Positions 55,047 to 64,000 of a stretch of DNA of 64,000 nucleotides are shown here, piece by piece. The notes below the pieces were generated by a model. The model ran no database searches. It was not told the origin of the DNA and saw nothing but the letters and a program-made list of their open reading frames with translations. Each line of letters starts with the position of its first letter. The first letter of the stretch is position 1. A program made the position numbers and the translations under genes. The stretch comes from Allosphingosinicella sp. (GTDB taxonomy: Bacteria; Pseudomonadota; Alphaproteobacteria; Sphingomonadales; Sphingomonadaceae): NCBI GenBank assembly GCA_036386475.1, contig DASVVQ010000046.1, positions 8,624-72,623 of the forward strand, in the 5' to 3' direction.

Positions 55047-55970
55047 ATGAACTATGCTCGCAAAAGCCTGATCGCGGCCATCGGCCTGTCGATCGCGACT
55101 CCGGCCTTCGCCCAGGCGACCCGGACCTGGGTGTCCGGCACCGGCAGCGATGCCAATCCGTGCAGCCGCACCGCGCCGTGCCAGACCTTCTCCGGCGCAT
55201 TCAGCAAGACGGCGACCAGCGGCGAGATCAACGCGATCGATCCGGGCGGCTTCGGCACGATGAACATCAACAAGTCGATCACCGTCGACGGCCTCGGGCC
55301 GATGTCCTCGATCCTCGCCGCCAACACCAACGGCATCATCATAAACGGCGCCGGCGCGGTCGTGAACATCCGCAACGTCACCATTAACGGCGCCGGCACG
55401 ACCACCGGCAACGGCATCCGCATCCTCAATGCCGCCGCGGTCAACATCGACAACGTGACGTTCGAGAATTTCGGCGGAACGCTGACCAACGGGCGCGCCA
55501 TCACGATCGAGACCGCTTCCGACGTGCGCGTCAACATCTCGAACAGCCGGATCACCAACGCCACCAATTTCGGCATTCATTCGAACCCGTCGGCGGGGAC
55601 GGTGAACCTGGTCGTGCAGGACACGGTCATCGACAATGGCGGCACGACGGCGATCCAGCTGCGCCAGAACACCAATGCCAGGATCAACCGCGTCACCGTC
55701 TCGCGTCACGGCGTCAATGCCGCGGCGGTCACGGCCGAATTGACGACCGTCAACACGCACATCACCGACAGCGTCTTCGTCGACAATGCGTTCGGCATCT
55801 TCAACGGCAATGGCGGCTCGCCGGTGACCCGGATCGCCGGCACCACGATCACCGGCAGCACCTCGGCGGCGCTGCAGATTACCGGCGGCCAAATCATCTC
55901 CTACGGCAACAACCCGATCCGCGGCAATGTCGGCAACGAGCTGCCCAGCTCGGTCGAGCTGCCGCGCTGA
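55047..55970 (+). CDS. Secreted right-handed parallel beta-helix protein, paralog 1
   Basis: Signal peptide; QATRTWVSGTGSDANPCSRTAPC; repeated Asn/Gly/Ile beta-helix turns; ends SSVELPR. Confidence 0.85.
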   Translation: MNYARKSLIAAIGLSIATPAFAQATRTWVSGTGSDANPCSRTAPCQTFSGAFSKTATSGEINAIDPGGFGTMNINKSITVDGLGPMSSILAANTNGIIINGAGAVVNIRNVTINGAGTTTGNGIRILNAAAVNIDNVTFENFGGTLTNGRAITIETASDVRVNISNSRITNATNFGIHSNPSAGTVNLVVQDTVIDNGGTTAIQLRQNTNARINRVTVSRHGVNAAAVTAELTTVNTHITDSVFVDNAFGIFNGNGGSPVTRIAGTTITGSTSAALQITGGQIISYGNNPIRGNVGNELPSSVELPR

Positions 55971-56051
55971 GGCGGCAAGGCGGCGCCTCGGCCATGCCCG
56001 GGCGCCGCTGCCGCCGGCCCTAAAGCACGGCGGCTGCTGTACAATGTGAGA

Positions 56052-56083
56052 CCCGGCGGGGCTGCGACCCCGCCGGGCGTTTT
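56052..56083 (+). terminator. Intrinsic terminator
   Basis: cccggcgggg-ctgcga-ccccgccggg followed by cgtttt. Confidence 0.6.
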
Positions 56084-56230
56084 CCGCTTCCGGCCGAGGC
56101 TGGCGCAGCGCTGCGAATCGGTGTATTCGACTCGGCATTCGCTGGCCTTGGCCGGCGAACGGGGGATGAGGCCGTGTCGCGAAAATCGCCAGGCCCGGCT
56201 CTCCCCGAAGACATCAGCCAGGGGGGCCCC

Positions 56231-57163
56231 ATGAAACTTCTTCGCACCGCTTTGATCGCAACTGCCGCAACCGCCGCCATGGGTCTTGCGACTCCGGCGC
56301 TCGCGCAGGCGACCCGCACATGGATCTCGGGCGTCGGCGACGACGTCAATCCGTGCAGCCGCACCGCTCCCTGCAAGACGCTGGCCGGCGCCATCTCCAA
56401 GACCGCCACCAACGGCGAGATCAACGTCCTCGACCCGGGCGGCTTCGGCGGCCTCACCATCACCAAGTCGATCACGATCGACGGCCTCGGCCCGATGGCC
56501 TCGGTGCTGGCGGTCGGCCAGAACGGCTTTCTGGTCAACGGCGCCAACGTCGTCGTCACCATCCGCAACATCACGATCAACTGCGCCGGATCGACGATCG
56601 GCAACGGCATCCGCATCGTCAACGCAGCCGTGGTCAACATCGACAATGTCGTGTTCGAGAATTGCGCCGGCACCGGCACCAACGGCCGCGGCGTCGCCAT
56701 CGAGACCGCAGCGGACGTTCGCGTGACGATCCAGAACAGCCGCTTCGTCAATCTCACCAATTTCGGGATCCACTCGAACCCGTCGGCCGGCACGGTCACG
56801 CTCAATGTCGACAATTCGACTTTGATCCGCGGCGGCACGACCGGCATTCAGCTGCGCCAGAACACCAATGCGACGATCAACAATGTCAGGATCGTCCAGC
56901 ACGGCAGCACCGCTGCCGCGGTCACCGCCGAGCTAGGCACGGTCAACGCCCATATCTCGAACAGCGTCTTCACCGACAACGGCCACGGCGTCTTCGCCGG
57001 CAATGGCGGCGCGCCGGTGGTGAGGCTGTCGAACACGGTGATCACGCGCAGCATCTCGTCCGCGATCCAGCTGAACGGCGGCACCGTCATTTCCTACGGC
57101 AACAATCCGATCCGCGGGAACACCGGCAACGAGGCGCCGAGCTCCGTCGAGCTGCCGCGCTAA
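56231..57163 (+). CDS. Secreted right-handed parallel beta-helix protein, paralog 2
   Basis: QATRTWISGVGDDVNPCSRTAPC...; colinear with paralog 1; ends SSVELPR. Confidence 0.85.
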   Translation: MKLLRTALIATAATAAMGLATPALAQATRTWISGVGDDVNPCSRTAPCKTLAGAISKTATNGEINVLDPGGFGGLTITKSITIDGLGPMASVLAVGQNGFLVNGANVVVTIRNITINCAGSTIGNGIRIVNAAVVNIDNVVFENCAGTGTNGRGVAIETAADVRVTIQNSRFVNLTNFGIHSNPSAGTVTLNVDNSTLIRGGTTGIQLRQNTNATINNVRIVQHGSTAAAVTAELGTVNAHISNSVFTDNGHGVFAGNGGAPVVRLSNTVITRSISSAIQLNGGTVISYGNNPIRGNTGNEAPSSVELPR

Positions 57164-57188
57164 GTTCGCTCCGGATTTCGTGAGCATG

Positions 57189-57230
57189 GGGCCGCCGGGC
57201 GCTCGCAAGAGCCCCCGGCGGCCCTTTTTT
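57189..57230 (+). terminator. Intrinsic terminator
   Basis: Long GC-rich stem (gggccgccggg...cccggcggccc) with a gcaa loop, followed by a T-run. Confidence 0.75.
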
Positions 57231-57234
57231 GCGT

Positions 57235-57639
57235 TCAGCCGAAGCTGGCCTGCAGGGCCGGGCGCAGGACGAGCAGGATGCCGACGATGCTGACCAGGAA
57301 AATGAACGTCCTGAGCTTGGCGATGCCGAGGGCGTAGACCGGAAGATAGACGATCCGCGCCGCCAGCCAGACGATCGCGCCGATCGCCGTCCAGCGGTCG
57401 TGGAGGCCGGCGACATAGACGAGAAGAATGGACACGGCCGCGATCGGAAAGGTCTCGAAGAAATTGGCCTGGGCGCGGGCGAGCCGGCCGACGATCGGCT
57501 TGGGCGGCGGCAGCTCCTCGTCGCGCGCGCCCATGTTCCAGGCGGTGCCGTACTGCCGCGTCTTCACCCGCACCGCCGCGAAGATGTGGACGATGGCGAG
57601 GACGCAGCCCCAGCCGAGCACGGCGAGTTCTGTGGTCAT
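57235..57639 (-). CDS. MAPEG family membrane protein
   Basis: WNMGARD...GRLARAQANFFETFP...ARIVYLPVYALG. Confidence 0.88.
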   Translation of the reverse strand: MTTELAVLGWGCVLAIVHIFAAVRVKTRQYGTAWNMGARDEELPPPKPIVGRLARAQANFFETFPIAAVSILLVYVAGLHDRWTAIGAIVWLAARIVYLPVYALGIAKLRTFIFLVSIVGILLVLRPALQASFG

Positions 57640-57675
57640 GGAGGCGAGCATGCCGCCGCGGCGCGCGAATCGCAA

Positions 57676-57915
57676 TCAGCCGGTCGGCCGGAAGCGGCGC
57701 CGCTCCGGATCGAAGCTGCAGCGATAGCGGCCCTTGATGCACCGGTTGAAATAGGCGCCGGCCGAGCGCGCCGTCTTGAGCGCCTCGTAGACGGCGGCCG
57801 GAACGCCCTCGTAGATGTAGCGGCCGGTCGCCCTGAACCAGATGCTCAAGGAGCTCTCGTCGTCGTCGTAGCAGATGCGCTCGATCATCGAGGAGTTGAG
57901 GCGGGCGGCGCGCAT
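57676..57915 (-). CDS. KTSC domain protein
   Basis: SSMIERICYD...LSIWF...YIYEGVP..VYEAL..A.SAGAYFNRCIKGRY. Confidence 0.9.
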   Translation of the reverse strand: MRAARLNSSMIERICYDDDESSLSIWFRATGRYIYEGVPAAVYEALKTARSAGAYFNRCIKGRYRCSFDPERRRFRPTG

Positions 57916-58026
57916 GATCCAGTCCCTCGCGAACGGAATCGAACCCGGACGAAGCGACGAATCGCCCGTTCCATGCGCTGCGCCCACTCGAATCGATTTC
58001 GCGCCGGAACGAGTCGCACAAGATTA

Positions 58027-58147
58027 TCCTCCCCGGCACGGGGAGGGGGACCGCGCCGCGCAGCGGCGTGGTGGAGGGGGCTCATTGCCGGTCTCAGACC
58101 CCCCTCCACCGCGCTGCGCGCGGTTCCCCTCCCCGTCCCGGGGAGGA
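58027..58147. repeat. REP-like composite palindrome (CCTCCCC...GGGGAGGGGGACC...GGTGGAGGGG / inverse)
   Basis: Inverted arms tcctccccggcacggggagg...ggtggagggg and cccctccacc...cctccccgtcccggggagga. A short version recurs near 58780. Confidence 0.75.
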
Positions 58148-58179
58148 ATTGCTATCCTCCTTGAGAGGAGGGACCCCAC

Positions 58180-58779
58180 ATGACCCGCGACCCACGCATC
58201 GACGCCTATATCGCCCGCCAGGCCGACTTCGCCCGGCCGATCCTCGAGCATCTGCGCGCGGCCGTCCACGCCGCCTGCCCCGAGGCCGAGGAAACGATCA
58301 AGTGGAGCATGCCCCATTTCGTCTACAAGGGTCAGAACCTCGCCGGCATGGCGGCCTTCAAGGCGCATGCGACCTTCGGCTTCTGGCGTTCGAAGGACGT
58401 GGTCGGGGAGACCGGCGCGGAGCGTGTGGCGATGGGCCAGTTCGGCCGCCTGACGTCGATCGACGACCTGCCGTCGCCCGAAATCCTCGCCGCGCTCGTC
58501 GAGAAGGCCATGGCCGTGACCGACAGCGGCGTGAAGCGTGCGAAGCCGGCCAAGCCGCCGAAGCCCGACCTCGAGACGCCGGACGACCTATCGGCCGCGC
58601 TCGCCGGCAATCCGGCCGCCCGCTCCACATTCGACGGCTTTCCGCCGAGCTGCCGCCGCGAATATGTCGCCTGGGTAGTCGAGGCGAAGCGGCCGGAGAC
58701 GCGGGCCAGGCGCATCGACCAGGCGGTCGAGTGGATGGCCGAAGGCAAGCGCCGCAACTGGAAATACGAGAATTGCTGA
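58180..58779 (+). CDS. YdeI/OmpD-associated (DUF1801) family protein
   Basis: DPRIDAYI...EETIKWSMPHF...FDGFPPSCRREYVAWVVEAKRPETRARR..WMAEGKRRNWKY. Confidence 0.9.
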   Translation: MTRDPRIDAYIARQADFARPILEHLRAAVHAACPEAEETIKWSMPHFVYKGQNLAGMAAFKAHATFGFWRSKDVVGETGAERVAMGQFGRLTSIDDLPSPEILAALVEKAMAVTDSGVKRAKPAKPPKPDLETPDDLSAALAGNPAARSTFDGFPPSCRREYVAWVVEAKRPETRARRIDQAVEWMAEGKRRNWKYENC

Positions 58780-58811
58780 TCCTCCCCGGGACGGGGAGGA
58801 TCGGCCTAGCC

Positions 58812-59252
58812 TCACCCCTCGCCCGGACTCACTGCCAGCACTCTGATCTCTTCGGTGCGCCCGCCGGCCTCGAGCTCGACGACCTCGCCGCGCACCGCGC
58901 CTTCGAGCGCGCGGGCGAGCGGAGCGGTCCAGGCGATGCGCCCGCGCGCGGGATCGGCCTCGTCCTCGCCGACGATCCACAAATCGCTCATCAGGATGCC
59001 GCGGCGGACGGTGACGCGGGTGCCGAAGCCGGCCGCGACCGGCCGGGGATCGGCCGGCACCCGCCGCGCCGTCTCGCGTCGCAGGCGCCAATGGCCGAGC
59101 TCGAGCCGCAGCCGCGCTTCCTCCGCGCCCGTCGCCCCGGCCAGCGCAGCCTCGATTCGCGCGATCTCCTCGTCGATCAGGCGCGCGCCGCGCCGGGTCA
59201 CCGGATTCGAGGGGATTGCGGCGTCGACTTCGCTGACAGGGGCGCAGCTCAC
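58812..59252 (-). CDS. GreA/GreB-family C-terminal domain protein
   Basis: FGTRVT...IVGEDEADPARGRIAWTAPLARAL; GTG start with GGAG RBS; N-terminus divergent. Confidence 0.75.
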   Translation of the reverse strand: MSCAPVSEVDAAIPSNPVTRRGARLIDEEIARIEAALAGATGAEEARLRLELGHWRLRRETARRVPADPRPVAAGFGTRVTVRRGILMSDLWIVGEDEADPARGRIAWTAPLARALEGAVRGEVVELEAGGRTEEIRVLAVSPGEG

Positions 59253-59390
59253 CTTGCTTCTCCTTGCCGGAACAACGCAGAGCGATGCGAAGGGATGCAT
59301 GCTATCTGTCTAAGTCATTGAACGAACGCCTTTATTCCCAACCATGACAGCGTTGTCAGAGCGCGCTCGGGCAGTCTAGGCTGCGCTGCG

Positions 59391-59843
59391 ATGCGTCTTA
59401 TCGCCTCCTTTTTGCTGCTCGCCGGCTGCGGCGCTCCGGACGATGCGAAACATCCGGCCGCAAACGAGGCCGGGGGCGCGGCCCCCGCGGCGGCGCCCCG
59501 CGTGCCGAACGCGGCGGAGATCGCGGACATGGACTCGGCCGCGGCGGCGCTGCGCAACTATTACGCCCACATTGCGCGCCGCGACTATCGCGCCGCCTGG
59601 GCGCTTCGCGAGCGCCGGCCCGGCCTCGATTTCGAGGCGTTCGCGCGCAGCTTCGCGCTTTACGCCGACTATCACGCGGACGTCGGCCAGCCCTCCTTCC
59701 CGGCGGCGGCCGACGGCTTCGTCTGGATCGATGCGCCGGTCCAGATCTGGGGCCGCCAGCACGACGGCGAGCGCTTCGGCAGCGTCGGGCGGGTCATGCT
59801 GAAACGACCCGCGGGAAGCCGCGTCTGGAAGGTCGCACCTTGA
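59391..59843 (+). CDS. Hypothetical lipoprotein
   Basis: Lipobox LLLAGC; LRNYYAHIARRDYRAAWAL, an NTF2-like pattern. Confidence 0.7.
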   Translation: MRLIASFLLLAGCGAPDDAKHPAANEAGGAAPAAAPRVPNAAEIADMDSAAAALRNYYAHIARRDYRAAWALRERRPGLDFEAFARSFALYADYHADVGQPSFPAAADGFVWIDAPVQIWGRQHDGERFGSVGRVMLKRPAGSRVWKVAP

Positions 59844-59903
59844 CGCGGCGCGAAACCGCGCGCCACTGCGGCCGTTGACCCTGCGATGGACATGGAGGGG
59901 AAG

Positions 59904-60389
59904 ATGAAGCGCATTCTTTCGCCCGCGACCGCAGCGCTCGCCGCATTCGCTCTATCGGGCTGCGGCGGCGGGGGCGAGAGCGCGCCCGCGGCGAAGCAGA
60001 AAGAGAGCGGCGTGCCGGCCGCGGCGTCCGCCGACGCCTCGGCCGAGGCGAGCAGCGAGACCCGGATCGCCAATCGCCCCCATGAGAGGCTTGTCGCCCT
60101 CTCCGATGCCGACCGCCGCGTCGGCCTGATCCGCGCGATCCGCGCGACCGGCAATCGCTGCCCGCGCCGGGTCGAGCCCAATCCGGTCTACCAGGGCGAT
60201 TATGAAGGCATGGCGTTGTGGACCGCGCGCTGCGACAATGATGAGCAATATGCCGTCTTCATCGCACCCAATGAGGACGTCCAGGTCCGCAATTGCCGCG
60301 ACATGGCCCAGCTCCGCCTCCCCGCCTGCCGCACGCTGCCGCCGGCCGCACCGAACCGGGAGCGGCCGAAAGCAGCGACGAAGGGGTAG
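59904..60389 (+). CDS. Hypothetical Cys-rich lipoprotein
   Basis: Lipobox ALSGC; RAIRATGNRC...WTARC...VRNC...LPAC. Confidence 0.75.
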   Translation: MKRILSPATAALAAFALSGCGGGGESAPAAKQKESGVPAAASADASAEASSETRIANRPHERLVALSDADRRVGLIRAIRATGNRCPRRVEPNPVYQGDYEGMALWTARCDNDEQYAVFIAPNEDVQVRNCRDMAQLRLPACRTLPPAAPNRERPKAATKG

Positions 60390-60420
60390 GAACGGGAGGA
60401 AAATGTCGGGAGGGGAAAGC

Positions 60421-60492
60421 CGCTAGCCCTGAGCCTGTCGAAGGGCGGATTGGAGCGCAGCTGCCCGGGCTTCGACAAGCTCAGCCCTAGCG
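60421..60492. repeat. REP-like palindrome (CCTGAGCCTGTCGAAG...CTTCGACAAGCTCAG)
   Basis: Near-perfect inverted arms between convergent genes. Confidence 0.8.
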
Positions 60493-60528
60493 GTTGTAAT
60501 TAACTTAGCGCGCCGGCGGCGCCTCAGC

Positions 60529-60816
60529 TCAGTCGCACTGCCTCGTTTCGCGATATTCGCCGGCCGCGCTCATCGTCCGCACGGTGACGCAGGCGCCGTC
60601 GCGGACCTCCTCGCGCCAGGAGCCGTCGGCGGCGGTGACCCGGTTGCCCCGCGGCACTCGGCGGCCGTTGCGGATCTCGTAGGACCAGTTGGAGGGAGTG
60701 CGCGCGCCGGTGTCGCTCTTCTGGGCCAAGGCCTGGCTACTGAACGCGCCCATCGCCACCGCCGCGACGGCAATCACCGCGCCGGCCGCAAGCGTCAGTT
60801 GAACCGTTTTTGTCAC
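60529..60816 (-). CDS. Small secreted hypothetical protein
   Basis: GTG start, signal peptide, NWSYEIRNGRRVP...GSWREE...CVT...RQCD. Confidence 0.65.
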   Translation of the reverse strand: MTKTVQLTLAAGAVIAVAAVAMGAFSSQALAQKSDTGARTPSNWSYEIRNGRRVPRGNRVTAADGSWREEVRDGACVTVRTMSAAGEYRETRQCD

Positions 60817-61171
60817 GAGACGCACTCCTGTCGAACGATAAGCTCCTAGGCCTGAGCGCATGAACGGGACCTGAGCGCTAAGGGCTTGTTCACCGAGTCG
60901 AACCGCCCCCTGCGTGCGACGAAATTGCGGTGGATAAGTGCTTTACCCTCTTGGCGGCGGAATGGGCTTCAGGCACTATTGCTTGTGGCGAAGCTGCGGG
61001 GGTGACGCTAATGGTTGTAGGCAGCGGCTGCGGGCCCCATATCGGCCACAGACCGGAACGGCATGTCCTGTGGATATCGGGGACAAGCCCAAATGAGCCC
61101 GCCGCTGCCCCGCAAAAGCGCCTAAGGTGGGCCGTTCCCACTGGAACACAGTAAGAACAAGGGGTAGAGTG

Positions 61172-63076
61172 ATGGATCTGTCCGGCAGCAGCGAAGTGGG
61201 AAGCGGCGACGTGAGCACCATGACGGCGGAGGCGCCGAAAAAGGTCAAGGCCGACGGCGGCGACAGCCGGCGAATCGCTCCCCAGGCGTTCGAGATCGAG
61301 CTCGACCACAGCCGCGATTCGCTGCTCACCGATTTCGGCAAGGACACGCTGGGCGACCGCTACCTCCTGCCCGACGAGACCTATCAGGACCTGTTCGCCC
61401 GCGTCGCCTCGGCCTATGCAGACGATGCCGGCCACGCCCAGCGGCTCTACGACTATATCTCGAAGCTCTGGTTCATGCCGGCGACGCCGGTCCTCTCCAA
61501 CGGCGGCACCGGGCGAGGCCTGCCGATCAGCTGCTATTTGAACAGCGTCGACGACAGCCTCGAGGGCATTGTCGGCACCTGGAACGAGAATGTCTGGCTG
61601 GCCGCGCGCGGCGGCGGCATCGGCACCTATTGGGGCGCGGTCCGCGGCATCGGCGAGGCGGTGGGCCTGAACGGCAAGACCAGCGGCATCATCCCGTTCG
61701 TGCGTGTCATGGATTCGCTCACCCTCGCGATCAGCCAGGGCAGCCTCAGGCGCGGCTCAGCCGCCTGCTATCTCGACATCAACCATCCCGAGATCGAGGA
61801 ATTCCTCGAGATCCGCAAACCCTCCGGCGACTTCAACAGGAAGGCGCTCAACCTCCACCACGGCGTCCTCATCACCGACGCCTTCATGGAGGCCGTCCGC
61901 GACGGCGCGGAATGGACGCTGCGCTCGCCCAAGGACGGCTCGGAGCGCGCCACGGTCGACGCCCGCGCCCTCTTCCAGAAGCTGGTCGAAACCCGGCTCG
62001 CGACCGGCGAGCCTTACATCATCTTCATCGACCAGGTGAACCGGTCGATGCCCAAGCACCAGCGCGACCTCGGCCTCAAGGTCTCGACCTCGAACCTGTG
62101 CTCGGAGATCACGCTGCCGACCGGCCGCGACCATCTCGGCAAGGATCGCACCGCCGTCTGCTGCCTCTCCAGCCTCAATCTCGAGACCTGGGACCAGTGG
62201 CACGGCGACAAGGCCTTCATCGAGGACGTGATGCGCTTCCTCGACAACGTCCTCCAGGACTATATCGACCGCGCGCCCGACGAGATGGCGCGGGCGAAAT
62301 ATTCGGCCGAGCGCGAGCGCAGCGTCGGCCTCGGCGTGATGGGCTTCCACTCCTTCCTCCAGGCGCGCTCGATCCCGTTCGAGGGTGCCATGGCCAAGAG
62401 CTGGAATCTCAAGATCTTCAAGCATATCCGCGCCCAGGTCGACGAGGCTTCGATGATGCTCGCCAACGAGCGCGGCGCCTGCCCCGACGCGGCCGACCAG
62501 GGCGTGATGGAGCGCTTCTCGTGCAAGATGGCGATCGCGCCGACCGCTTCGATCTCGATCATCGCCGGCGGCACCTCGGCCTGCATCGAGCCGATCCCGG
62601 CCAACATCTACACCCACAAGACCCTGTCGGGCTCATGGTCGATCAAGAACCCCTATCTCCAGAAGCTCCTCCAGGAGAAGTCGAAGGATTCGGACGGCGT
62701 CTGGTCGACCATCCTCGAGCGCGGCGGATCGGTCCAGCATCTCGATTTCCTCACGCCCGAAGAGAAGGACGTGTTCAAGACCAGCTTCGAGATCGACCAG
62801 CGCTGGCTGATCGAGCTCGCCGCCGACCGCACGCCCTACATCGACCAGGCGACCTCGCTGAACCTCTTCATCCCGGCCGACGTCGACAAATGGGACCTGC
62901 TGATGCTGCACTACCGCGCCTGGGAGCTCGGCATCAAAAGCCTCTATTACCTGCGCTCCAAATCGGTCCAGCGCGCCGGCTTCGCGGGCGGGGTTGAGGC
63001 CGACAACACGATCGACCTCAAGGAAATCCCGCTCGCGGCCACCACCGATTACGACGAGTGCCTCGCGTGCCAGTGA
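61172..63076 (+). CDS. nrdA: Class Ia ribonucleotide reductase alpha subunit (no evident ATP cone)
   Basis: WFMPATPVLSNGG, ISCYL, SNLCSEI (catalytic Cys), SVGLGVMG, AIAPTAS, KSLYYLRS (Tyr dyad), C-terminal CLAC. Confidence 0.93.
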   Translation: MDLSGSSEVGSGDVSTMTAEAPKKVKADGGDSRRIAPQAFEIELDHSRDSLLTDFGKDTLGDRYLLPDETYQDLFARVASAYADDAGHAQRLYDYISKLWFMPATPVLSNGGTGRGLPISCYLNSVDDSLEGIVGTWNENVWLAARGGGIGTYWGAVRGIGEAVGLNGKTSGIIPFVRVMDSLTLAISQGSLRRGSAACYLDINHPEIEEFLEIRKPSGDFNRKALNLHHGVLITDAFMEAVRDGAEWTLRSPKDGSERATVDARALFQKLVETRLATGEPYIIFIDQVNRSMPKHQRDLGLKVSTSNLCSEITLPTGRDHLGKDRTAVCCLSSLNLETWDQWHGDKAFIEDVMRFLDNVLQDYIDRAPDEMARAKYSAERERSVGLGVMGFHSFLQARSIPFEGAMAKSWNLKIFKHIRAQVDEASMMLANERGACPDAADQGVMERFSCKMAIAPTASISIIAGGTSACIEPIPANIYTHKTLSGSWSIKNPYLQKLLQEKSKDSDGVWSTILERGGSVQHLDFLTPEEKDVFKTSFEIDQRWLIELAADRTPYIDQATSLNLFIPADVDKWDLLMLHYRAWELGIKSLYYLRSKSVQRAGFAGGVEADNTIDLKEIPLAATTDYDECLACQ

Positions 63077-63084
63077 CGATACAC

Positions 63085-63170
63085 GTCATCCCGGCGAAGG
63101 CCGGGATCCCATGGGGTGAAGGGCTCAGGAGCTTTTCACCCGACGAGATCCCGGCCTTCGCCGGGATGAC
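63085..63170. repeat. REP-like palindrome (GTCATCCCGGCGAAGGCCGGGATC...GATCCCGGCCTTCGCCGGGATGAC)
   Basis: Perfect inverted arms immediately after the nrdA stop. Confidence 0.85.
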
Positions 63171-63339
63171 GAGACAGTATCCCCGGGAGCGGGGAACCCG
63201 CGCTGACTCCCTTCGGCGCGGGCACTGGCGGGGGAGTGGAGACGAGCGGGTGGCTTCCGCCTGTCCGCATCAGAGCAAGCCCTGTGCCGCTCTCCCCTCC
63301 CCCGCCGGTTTTTGCCCCGCCGGTCTTTGAGCGCGCGCG

Positions 63340-63582
63340 ATGGGCAGCATCTTCCCCCTCCTGACCTCCGGCATCGCGCTGACGATGCTGGGCGTGATCG
63401 TCCTCATGTTCGCGATCGTCCAGCTCGGCGCGAACTACAACCATGCCGGCTACAAGCCCGGCACGCCCGGCTACGCCCGCGCCCGCGACGGCCGCCGCTA
63501 CGGCTACATGTCGCTCGCCGCGGCCCTCCTGCTCTTCGCCGCCGCCTGGTTCACCCCGCTCGGCGGGATCGTATTGATATGA
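63340..63582 (+). CDS. Small two-TM membrane protein
   Basis: Two hydrophobic segments; ATGA overlap with the DUF559 gene. Confidence 0.6.
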   Translation: MGSIFPLLTSGIALTMLGVIVLMFAIVQLGANYNHAGYKPGTPGYARARDGRRYGYMSLAAALLLFAAAWFTPLGGIVLI

Positions 63583-64000
63583 AAGCGGTCAGGACCTCTC
63601 CGCATCTGGCTCCCGCCGCGCTCGCCCGGGCGCGTGCGCTCCGCCGCGACATGACGCCGGCCGAGCCGCGCCTGTGGTCCGCCCTTCGCGCGACGTTCCG
63701 CGACGCCCATTTCCGCCACCAGGTCCCGCTCGGGCCCTATTATCCCGATTTCGCGTCGCACCGCGCCCGGCTGGTGATCGAGGTCGACGGCGGCCAGCAC
63801 TCGCAGGCGCGCGATGCCGAACGCACCCGCTTCCTCGAAGGCGAGGGCTACCGCGTCCTCCGCTTCTGGAACAACGAGGTCATGGAGAATCTCGACGGGG
63901 TTCTCCAGGTAATTGCCGCTGCCCTCCCTTCCCCCCTTGTGGGGGAAGGTGGCGCAAAGCGCCGGATGGGGGGTGCGCGGCGCAGCCGCGCGCCGGCCCC
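63579..64000 (+). CDS. DUF559 (Vsr-like PD-(D/E)XK) endonuclease; runs off the right edge
   Basis: Not in the ORF track; hand translation: ARARALRRDMTPAEPRLW...FRHQVPLGPYYPDF...LVIEVDGGQH...RTRFLEGEGYRVLRFWNNEV. Confidence 0.9.
   Translation, partial: MKAVRTSPHLAPAALARARALRRDMTPAEPRLWSALRATFRDAHFRHQVPLGPYYPDFASHRARLVIEVDGGQHSQARDAERTRFLEGEGYRVLRFWNNEVMENLDGVLQVIAAALPSPLVGEGGAKRRMGGARRSRAPA
63926..63973. repeat. REP-like element (CCCTTCCCCCCTTGTGGGGGAAGG...GCCGGATGGGGG) inside the 3' end of the DUF559 ORF
   Basis: The hairpin is read in frame as PSPLVGEGGAKRRMG. Confidence 0.7.

Noticed and set aside
58812-59252. GreA/GreB-like gene as a pseudogene or novel factor
   Set aside because: The ORF is intact with an RBS, and short GreA/B C-terminal-domain proteins are common in Alphaproteobacteria.
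52060-63170. Palindromic elements as IS or transposon ends
   Set aside because: No transposase ORF between or near the arms, and they are 70-120 bp long; better described as REP-like repeats.

Overview
GC-rich alphaproteobacterial chromosomal DNA. Gene order, proteins and REP-like palindromes point to Sphingomonadaceae (inferred, not searched). Left to right: (1) 1-10.3 kb is an accessory hotspot. It holds the N-terminus of an RHS/YD protein with a small YD partner, an orphan two-domain Csu/SCPU pilin, an OmpA-domain pseudogene and a lipoprotein gene. It also holds an AT-richer, tightly coupled three-gene operon of unknown function (337, 312 and 830 aa; the largest has PIN-like motifs), bracketed by the lipoprotein gene and a decayed copy of its 3' end. 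(2) Core genes: ftsH, nadD-rsfS-[YebY-like insertion]-rlmH-envC-ctpA-dsbB-coq7. (3) Three DUF885 putative metallopeptidases around a dodecin, an HxlR-regulated VOC/DUF1428 cluster and a hydroxyproline catabolic locus with an Xaa-Pro peptidase. (4) A Crp regulator divergent from a class III cyclase-AAA-TPR protein that converges on a 1230-aa Dyp-peroxidase/P450-like fusion. (5) An OsaAB-like poly-HAMP hybrid kinase pair. (6) fumC, sspB, a HIT protein, an amino-acid permease, two tandem secreted beta-helix paralogs, small genes, nrdA and a DUF559 endonuclease, with several REP-like palindrome families between them. Best candidates for undescribed systems: the three-gene operon at 4744-9200 (possible defence/conflict module) and the Crp/cyclase/Dyp-P450 locus at 34417-41934. 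All calls are from motif recognition by eye; no database searches were run.
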